A DNA stretch of 64,000 nucleotides, from assembly GCA_951406725.2 (NCBI GenBank), contig OX597822.1, forward strand, positions 37,696,001 through 37,760,000, given 5' to 3'. The position numbers and the translations under genes were made by a program. The notes beneath the pieces were generated by a model. That model was not told the DNA's origin. It saw only the letters and a list, made by a program, of their open reading frames with translations, and did no database searches. The DNA is from Octopus vulgaris. Taxonomy: Eukaryota. Below are positions 51,510-64,000 of the stretch, one piece after another. How positions within the stretch are numbered: the stretch's first letter is position 1; each line of letters starts with the position of its first letter.

Positions 51510-52639
51510 AACGTGACTGTATCCAGTTTTGCATAAAGCTTGGTAAATAAGCTCGGCCTCGAAATACTTCATCAAGACTTTGGTGAAGATAACCGTATTT
51601 GATGGCATAAAATACACACTGGCGTATTAAATCCAATTCCAGTTTTAGTAGCGTATATTCAATAAATGTGGAGGCGCAATAGCCCAGTGGTTAGGGCAGC
51701 GGACTCGCGGTCGTAGGATCGCGGTTTCGATTCCTAGACCGGGCGTTGTGAGTGTTTATTGAGCGAAAACTCCTAAAAAGCTCCACGAGGCTCCGGCAGG
51801 GGGTGGTGATCCCTGCTGTACTCTTTCACCACACTTTCTCTCACTCTTTCTTCTGTTGGCCTGCTCGCTTAGCCAGCGGTGTGGCGTCATTCGAAGGCTA
51901 AAACAATGCGAACGCATTGTGACCGGCGATGTGTAACAACATCTGATGGTCTGGTCGGTCACGTGGTCACGTGATATTCAATAAATAAGTTTTTTAGTGC
52001 ATTAAAGCTATGGGAGTCCCAACTTCGCATATAAGACCCAAGTTATTTTTTGAGACTTTTTTGTGGGAAAAGGGGCTTTTTATATGCCATTAAATATGGT
52101 ATTTCATATCGAAAGCGTGTTCTTGGGAAGTACGTTGTTTTCAAGCCTGATCGAGTGTCGGTTGAAGGCGATGAGCGTTCAGGGTGATGAATCTTTAGCA
52201 AGAAAATTCTTTATTTTTTAAAATTCTTTTATTTGTTTCAGCCATGCGGATGCAGTCATGCTGGAGCATCGCGGAAAATAAATTGGTAGAGTCATCTAAA
52301 AGAATAACCCACTAGATCTCTGACATGATTTAAGTAGTTATGCGGTATGCCAGAAAATTCTCAAGAAAAATTCTGAACATGAATCGTGTTGCTGCGAAAT
52401 TCTACCTCAGTTCTTGGCACTCGACACAAAGCAGTGCCTAACTGTATTCCCTTGTGAATTTGCCGTGTTTCCCAGAAGGGAAGTGAGGCTGAAAGGATCT
52501 CCCTTTGAGGTCGTATATGAAACTCAAACGGAATCACAAGCCGGAAAGAATGCGGTTCAAGAAAAGACTTTTGCGGGGCATTTGAGACGTGGAATATGCA
52601 CTGGGATATGCACTGAATGTTCCTAAGGAGATTATTCTT

Positions 52640-52640
<1 letters not shown>
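51510..52640 (+). mobile_element. Fragmented mariner-like transposase relics, interrupted by SINEs
   Basis: Degenerate CIQFCIKLGK, SVEGDERSG, PCxFxxFP and GDY motifs. Confidence 0.5.
51670..51972 (+). mobile_element. tRNA-derived SINE, third family
   Basis: tRNA-like head with A box (TAGCCCAGTGG) and B box (GTTTCGATTCC), then a non-tRNA body. Its 3' part recurs inverted at ~47803-47912. Confidence 0.8.
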
Positions 52641-52691
<51 letters not shown>

Positions 52692-52716
52692 CCACCCACA
52701 CACACACGCACGCACG

Positions 52717-52776
<60 letters not shown>

Positions 52777-52859
52777 CTTTGTCCATTTTAAAGTCATCTA
52801 TACCGATTAATTTATTTCTCTCTCTTTATATATATATATATATACAAACATACATACAT

Positions 52860-52919
<60 letters not shown>

Positions 52920-53527
52920 GTAAATATATATTAATATATTTATGTATATATTTATACACGTAGGTTGTATTGTATCTTGATAATTCAAGTAATCTCTGAT
53001 GAAATAATTTATTTTGCTCCATTATGTAATCTACAAATAAACAATAAACAGCCGTTCTCATGGAAACGTTCGTTACGTAATTAAAAAATCGCCTCTTATT
53101 TCATTTCTTATTACATATATGCATAAGATAGACACATACATATATGTGTGTGTGTGTATACACATATACACACACATATATACACACACATATATGTATG
53201 TGTGTATGTATATATAAACATTTTTATATTCCTTTTATACACCATCTATTTTTACTGACCACCCACTCAGACTCCCATCTCTTATTTCATCTCAGAATTG
53301 AATAAACGGAGAGCGGGTATGTATCTTCGAATTAGCTACGTAGCATCTGGCCAACGTGTATTCCGGATGAGCCTAGCTCAAGGTAGGAAACGCAGATGAA
53401 GGCAACATCATGAAACTCCCTCATCCACCAAATATCACACATCAGAGGTGCTCCAGCATGGCCGCACTTCTAGAGCTGAAACTAGTTAAAAAGTGTGTGT
53501 GTATGTGTGTGTGTGTGTGTGTGTGAA

Positions 53528-53691
53528 TGCGCAGGCTTGGTTGTGTGCTAAGACCGCTTGCTTCCCAACCACATGGTTCTGGGTTCAGTCCCACTGCATG
53601 GCACCTTGGGCAGGTGTTTTCTGCTATAACCTCGGACCGACCAAAGCCTTGTGAGTGGATTTGTTAGATGGAAACTGAAACAAAGCACGTC

Positions 53692-53781
<90 letters not shown>

Positions 53782-54002
53782 GTGTGCGTGCATATATTTA
53801 TGTGTTTGTGTTTGTCCCCTCAACATCGCTTGACAACCGATGCTGGTATGTTTACGTCCCCGTAACTTAGCGGTTCGGCAATAGCGACCGATAGAATAAG
53901 TACTAGGCTAACAAAGAATAAGTCCTGGGGTCGATTTGCTCGACTAAAGGTGGTGATCCAGCATGGTCGCAGTCAAAATGACTGAAACAAACAAAAGTAA
54001 AA

Positions 54003-54003
<1 letters not shown>
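53528..54003 (+). mobile_element. tRNA-derived SINE, full length
   Basis: Same family as 26705-27201. Confidence 0.85.
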
Positions 54004-54051
<48 letters not shown>

Positions 54052-54576
54052 TATATACATGCATATATGTACATATTTACATCTATACGTATATATATAT
54101 ATATCTATATGCATATGTGGGCACAGGACGTCACGAAACGTGTACAACAAAATAGTACGAAGCACGAGTACATGGAACATGAATTATTCTTTCGAACAAC
54201 GAAAGACAAAACTGGAAAACAAAACAAGGAACATAAAGAACGACCCTTCATCAGTTGTTGGCTGTTTTTCTAGTTTCGTATTTTAAGCATATACAACAAT
54301 ATACGCTTTCGATAAAATGGTTGCTCCCGCAAAGCAAATTACATAAAATTTGGGAGTTTGCGGAGGGTCAAAATTGGTTACACAAACAGGACAGTGAAAA
54401 CAAACAGGGAGAACTGCTAAGCCTAAGCGAGGTTGTGGTGGCGAACGCATAAATCGAGCTAGGACAAACAAGAACGGTTCGTTTGCTCAGTGATTCCGTC
54501 ACTACTATTCAGATAATTACGGTGAAGTCAGCGGTTCGATAAACTGCTTTGCGACTTGTAGAGACAGACAACTCTT

Positions 54577-54607
54577 GACATGTTTCAGTCGTATTAGACC
54601 TCATCAG
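54577..54607 (-). ncRNA. Hammerhead catalytic core lacking an evident stem I
   Basis: Minus strand: CTGATGA-GGTC-TAATAC-GACT-GAAA-CATG-TC. Confidence 0.45.
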
Positions 54608-54799
54608 TGTAATCATATATATGCCTGAAACATGTCCAGAATTGCTACTAGTACCTGCAAAAATAATTAAAACATTAATTGATCATTTTACATACCTGAT
54701 GACTATGCCTAATTAGGTACTTTGATATCTGAAACTATAAGATGACGGCACCGATTTAGCTATTGTTTTCTTTTATTGTTATACACGTGGGACCTGTCT

Positions 54800-58340
<3,541 letters not shown>

Positions 58341-58536
58341 AATTCCTTCTAATTTTGGTACAAAACCAGCCATTCTAGGGAAGAGGCCAGTCGATTGCAT
58401 ATACCTCAGTGCCCAGCAGTTATTTATAGACTCCAAAAGGATGAAAGGCAAAGGCGACCTCGGCCTGCAGATCAGGCAGAAAATGTTTATAAAGTAGGTA
58501 ATTTCACACATAATAAATTGCTAATCAATAACATAA

Positions 58537-58589
<53 letters not shown>

Positions 58590-58676
58590 AAGGGTGAAAA
58601 GGAACACACGAGTTGATATATATGAAAAAACAAGTAAAAAATAGAAAATGCTAAAATAATTTTATAGTGAACATTT

Positions 58677-58714
58677 CAGTACCGGTTTCGGTCATTTTGA
58701 GACCTTTTCAACTG
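58677..58714 (-). ncRNA. Minimal hammerhead-like motif downstream of the Penelope-like ORF
   Basis: CAG-TTGAAAA-GGTC-TCAAAAT-GACC-GAAA-CCGG-TA-CTG: stems I-III pair, palindromic stem III, variant core. Confidence 0.55.
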
Positions 58715-59424
58715 TAACGATTAAATAATTAAATTTAGAAAAATTAGAAGAAAAGTTTTTTTAAAAGAATATTTCTATAGTAGTGTTCAGATTTAAGTGG
58801 CATTCTGCCTTTCTCTGACTCCCTTGTCTGCACTTGTGTGTTCGAGGTAGTTGTGAGTTCTTGGTAGGGTAGTAGAGGGAAGGCTGGTGAGGAAAGGGGG
58901 TGGGAGAATCTGGGAGTGCCCTGATGGTCGTATTTTGAATGGTCAGTGGCGGCTGGCAGTCTCAGTTCAATTCAGGAGAATATTTATATTGACAGGCTTG
59001 TTTATAGAATTAGCGTAGGTGTTATACTAAAAAACATTAGTGACAAACTTAAGGGGTAGGGGGTGGAGAAGAAGAAGAAGAAGAAGAAGAAGAAGAAGAA
59101 GAAGAAGAAGGAGAAGGAGAAGATGATGGTGATGGTGGTGATGATTATGACGACGATGATGATGATAACGATGATGACGAAGAAGAAGAAGAAGAAGAAG
59201 GAGGAGAAGGAGAAGATGGTGGTGATGATGGTGGCGATGATGATGACGCCGATGATGATGATAACGATGATGATGAAGAAGAAGAAGAAGAAAAAAACAG
59301 AGAAGGGAGAATATGAATGGGTGTAAATATAGCTATGAAGGGGCTGATTAGTAATGGATTCTATGGAGTGTAGTATTTGTGTGTGTATATATATATTTTT
59401 CTTTTATTCTAAAGTTGAGGTATA

Positions 59425-60086
59425 TTAATTGTTTGTCGTAGACCCGTTAAGAAGTGGCTTGTATTTTGTAATAAAGAGATTTTCTTTACTTATTCTTTGT
59501 CTCGAGGTTGTATCGTCCCTAAATTGGTAGAGGGGGAAAATTCTGAAGTTTGGTGTTTTTTTGTTGGCGCAAGTATCTATGTGTTGGCTAAAAGCTATTT
59601 TTCTGTTTTGGGGAATTTTTATCTGGGATCTGTGCAGGGCCATTCGTTTACGCAAACCATTTTTTGTTTGGCCTATGTACTGCTCTTGACACCCGGAGCA
59701 GGTTAGTGAGTATATTAGGTTCTCCGAAGCACATGTGAAGTTGCTTTTCACTGTAAACCGTTGTCCCTGTTTGAAGGAGAACTCAGAACCCTCGATTAGA
59801 TAGTCGCATATCCCGCAATTGGGTCTTCCACATTTTTTTACTGTCGGCTTCTGTGTTGAAGAGTGAATTCGGGCTTGTGTAAGGAGACTTTTCATGGATC
59901 TAGGCTGTCTTTTGCTTTTTATGATCGTGTGTGTTTGGAGGATTGTGTTCATTCTGTGGTCTTTTTTTAGGAGGGGTATGTTGTGGAGGATGGTGTCGAA
60001 GGCTTCGTTATTGAGAGGGTTGTGTGTGGAGATGTATGGTAAGGCTTTTGGTTGTAAGTTTTTCTTTGATTTGGGATGTCTCAGTT

Positions 60087-60090
<4 letters not shown>
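59425..60090 (-). mobile_element. Penelope-like retroelement 3' fragment encoding a GIY-YIG endonuclease (5'-truncated at (TA)n)
   Basis: Open frame with a KKCGRPNCGIC linker, FTCASENLIYSLTCSGCQEQYIGQT..LRKRMALHRS and a terminal KE..FI..YKPLLN. Confidence 0.9.
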
Positions 60091-60152
<62 letters not shown>

Positions 60153-60199
60153 CGGGAAGCTTTATGAAAATAGACAAAAGACGAAGGCAGGTTTACGGA

Positions 60200-60530
60200 A
60201 ATAAACAAAAGACGAAGGCAGGTGGAATACAAACAAACAATTGTATTAGTATGGCGCTCAGGAAATATAAATAAAACAAGTCTTTAACGTTTCGAGCCTA
60301 CGCTCTTCAACAGAAAGATACACAGAGAAAAAACACAGAAAGAAGAAGAGAAAAAAAAATATATAGTGAGAATTTATAAAAAACAAAAAACAAAAAACAA
60401 AGATGGGTGAGTAAACAACAAACAGTTGTATTAGTGTAACGCTCGGGAATTGAGAAAGTCTTTTACGTTTCGAGCCTACGCTCTTCGACTAAAAGGAACA
60501 CAGAAATAAACAGGGAGAGAAAATAATAAG
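60200..60530 (-). repeat. Two tandem ~180-bp units, each with a hammerhead-like motif (60281-60318 and 60460-60496)
   Basis: Minus strand: TCTTT-CTGTTGAA-GAGC-GTAG-GCTC-GAAA-CG-TT-AAAGA, plus a more diverged second copy. Confidence 0.55.
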
Positions 60531-60561
60531 GGCTTAGTGGCTAGCGATCTATCATGGCGAA

Positions 60562-60619
<58 letters not shown>

Positions 60620-60621
<2 letters not shown>

Positions 60622-62230
60622 GACGAACCCTAGGACGTACAATTTAATCAACGATGAGGCAAGAAAACTTAGCCATGAAATTTAAGATCGAAGATAGAGT
60701 AGAACAACTCATCTCACGAAAATCTTTTGTAACTTTGAAGGACCATAAAAATAATTTCAGGCAAAAGCGAAATAGGCTTTATTAGCGAATCTATTCTAGA
60801 CAATATCGTGCGTCACATAAGAGCCGCATCAAATCTTACTCAATGGACACGTAGCAGCGCAATCATTGAATGGTTGAAGAAAATTAAAGATATACCCAAA
60901 TGCGAATTCATCCAGTTCGATAACGAGGGGTTTACCCATCGGTCTTCAAAATCTGCTCCAGAGGGCACTCGAGTTTAGTAAAGCATTTACAAGTCACTAA
61001 CATTGATGTAACTGCTGTAATGAACGCAAAGAAATCATTGTTTTTTCATGATGATAACTTTTGAGTGAGAAAAACATGGAGATGAGTTATTCACTACTGG
61101 AATTTATGATGAAGTAGAAAGCGCGGATATGGTTGGCCCCCACATCCTTACTTTTAGCAATAAAATTGAAGACGCCAGCATAGGGTTATATAGGTACAAT
61201 GGTCTAAGAGTAGTACATAATAAAATGGCCACACTAAGGATACGAAAACAATTATGCAAAATATCTGGTTAACTCAATCTAAAAACTACAATGAGTACTA
61301 ACCTTAAAGCATTTTAATTTCCTAAACATTGATATGAATCTCAGTATAGGAAAATCTAAATCTTTCCATAAACCAAATGAGAACACCTCCTACATTAACA
61401 GAGGATCTAACCATCCACCATCAAACAATTAGTTAATAGCATTAGTAGGCGTTTTTCCAACCTGTCTTTTAATGAAGCAACTGTCAACAAGGTAGCCCTA
61501 TATTACAACATTGCATTGGAAAGACCTAATTTTGAGAACAACGCAACCTATACTAAACTAAGCGTACATAGGCGAGAAGGTGTAGACATAGGAAAATATT
61601 ATGGTACAGCATGAATGTTGCTACAAATATAGCTAATCATTTTCTGAAACTCATAGATATCTACTTCCTACACTCACATGCATATCATAAAATCTTTAAT
61701 TGAAATACGATTAAAGTTAGGTATAGTTGCCTTCCAAATATGAGATCGATGATTTTCAATCACAATAAGAATAATAACATTAGGAACACCCATCATAGAT
61801 CTTGTAATCGTAGAGTCCCCAATAACTGTCCCCTGAACAATATGGATCTGGAAAAAAAAAACTGGTGTACAAAACTAGCATTTCTGGTATGAACGGAACA
61901 ATTAAAAGTTATATCGGAATGACTGGATATATTCAAGGAAAGACACATGCAGTGCTTGGTTTCATTAAGAGACAAAAATAAAAGATATGCAGCATCTTTA
62001 TTTAAAATGGTATGGACCCTAAAAGAGAGGAACGTGGACAACCTCTACATAAATTGGTGCATCATAGTTAAGGTCAGCAAATATAGGGGACAGAAAATGC
62101 GACCACTGTATCACAAGGAAATTAAATATAGCATCAATGCTGAACATTTTGAATATTAGGGAAGAAACTTTCACTTTTGGTGCACAAACAACAATTTAAA
62201 CTTCAAAATTTCACCCTCCTTGTTACCTAT
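60620..62230 (+). pseudogene. Heavily degenerate second Penelope-like element (RT + GIY-YIG), Naiad-like
   Basis: Fragments FVTLKDHKNNF, FIQFD, GLYRxxGL, YINRGSNHPP, KIFNxNTIKVxYSCLPN, CNxRxxxxCPL, YIGMT. Many frameshifts. Clade assignment from remembered motifs. Confidence 0.75.
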
Positions 62231-62562
62231 CTAATCTTGGTAAGTTTTTGGATATTGATTACATGCAAAATATGCATTACAGACATATTTCCCTAGAAAC
62301 TCACGCTGATGCTCTCAACTCCACAGACCTATATAACATATACATAACACATATTTAAGACATCACACTATTCATAATTATCTCTGGATTTGTCCTTATA
62401 CCGTAGAAGTGGCCGGCCTACTTTCCCTCGTGAATGTAGGCTGACCATAAAAGATTTGTTTTGGTATTCAACCATTTTTTATGTGAAGGATGTGTCCACT
62501 CCATCGCACTGAGACTTGATTAAGAAAGCATCTATATCAGAATCACCATTACAGTGCTATTC

Positions 62563-62649
<87 letters not shown>

Positions 62650-62696
62650 TTACTTGGAGAAAAGAAACGAGACGACGCGAGGGCGCTCAGTCATAC

Positions 62697-62791
62697 AATA
62701 ATTTAATAAATAAAATATATGCATACATACATACATACATACATATATGTACGTACCTACATCTACATGTATATATACATGCATATATACA

Positions 62792-62845
<54 letters not shown>

Positions 62846-63310
62846 AGGACACCACAAATAAACGTAGAACTCAACGAGAAACGAAAACATAAAAACAAAC
62901 TAGGAAACGGACAAAAAAAGCCCTCAATGTTGGTTTCATTGTCCTGTTTTTATTCTTTATGTGTACTGTATTTTTATTTGTATTTGTATTTTTATTTTGT
63001 ATTTGTATTTTTATTTGTATTGCTTTTACGTCCTGTTCTTGTCACATTTTTTTCTTTCCTTGTTTTTACCCCTCTGCAAAGGAATTTTATTTAATTCTTT
63101 TGCAGGAAGGATTGGTTCGACCGGATCGTGTTCTGTCCTTACCTTCGAAACACGCATTGAGTCGAACCAGGGACAGCTGATGAAGGGGAATATTCCTTGT
63201 ATTGTTTGTCTTGAACTCTGTTTTTTTGTTGTTAAAAAAAGTCCGTTTCCTAGTTTGTTTTTATGTTTTCGTTTCTCGTTGAGTTCTACGTTTATTTGTG
63301 GTGTTCTGTA

Positions 63311-63367
<57 letters not shown>

Positions 63368-63434
63368 TGTATATATACGTGTAGATGTAGGTACGTACAT
63401 ATATGTATGTATGTATGCATATGTTTTATTTATC

Positions 63435-63440
<6 letters not shown>
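62697..63440. repeat. ~210-bp inverted repeat arms flanking a ~320-bp spacer
   Basis: 62697-62916 is the reverse complement of 63237-63440, including the internal microsatellites. Confidence 0.85.
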
Positions 63441-63471
<31 letters not shown>

Positions 63472-64000
63472 CGCGCGCAGTTGCCATATTTCGTTTCATA
63501 TCGCCTACCTCCGATGACCGTAGGGTTATATAATCGGATTGTCACCTAACACACTGTTGTACTCCTAGCGCGAAACCGATTGGTAAGACCAGCCGTAATG
63601 GATATATAATACTGTACACTTCGGATAATATATTTATCTATGTATGCACACACACACACACACACACACACACAAGCATTCATATGTATGTAAATAAACG
63701 TACCAGCAGACCCATACACACACATGCGCACACACGAACACACAAATACACAAACTCACACACACACACACATACAAACACATACACATATTGTACCTAA
63801 TTTTTCCCATTTTTCTACATCGACCCACACAGCCTTGTTTTCTTATATTTTGTAATTCTTTAAATTTTGCTGTAAACCTCATTCTCTTTTTTTATCTCTC
63901 GCTTTCCATCTTCGCCCGCTCTATCTTCTACTATCTTCTCTTTTCCACTCGAATCTCTCAGTTTTCTTTCTCATTTGACTTTGCCCGCCGAATACATCTA

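Noticed and set aside
51670-51745. Possible tRNA gene
   Set aside because: A and B boxes are present, but the acceptor stem is imperfect, there is no Pol III terminator, and it runs into a repeat body that recurs elsewhere. It is a SINE head.
61695-61710. In-frame TGA as selenocysteine in the Naiad-like relic
   Set aside because: It falls at an Arg-type position (KIFN-R-N), consistent with mutational decay in a frameshifted pseudogene.

Overview
AT-rich, microsatellite-dense animal genomic DNA. The repeat complement and style suggest an octopod cephalopod (inferred from recognition, not from a search). One host gene is supported: a + strand p23/PTGES3 Hsp90 co-chaperone, with seven GT-AG coding exons between 7394 and 14466 that splice in frame to xASRPNVSWAQRRDKLLITIHVADCVDPKIRIAEGNILKFEGEGGPQKQSFKTELKFYKEVKDEFKQTIGGRELNLVIKKVEENWWPRLLLEEKKQHHLKTDFTRWKDEDDSDTDEPDDFNLKDMMNKMGGVEDGEESEENSDDDCLPDLE*. 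The ATG exon was not found and probably lies upstream of the window. The rest is decayed and nested mobile DNA: piggyBac-type elements, Tc1/mariner, hAT/MULE-like MITEs, Helitron and Helentron-like elements, RTE, Tx1/L1 and RLE-type LINEs, a Gypsy relic, two Penelope-like relics and many tRNA-derived SINEs. Two things stand out. (1) About ten hammerhead-ribozyme-like motifs from several sequence families, most with tiny self-complementary stems III, sit in short microsatellite-embedded, often inverted or tandem repeats. (2) Three non-repetitive, multi-stem RNA folds in the p23 introns coincide with splice sites and are candidate structure-gated poison exons. All RNA folds were paired by eye and need computational and experimental confirmation.
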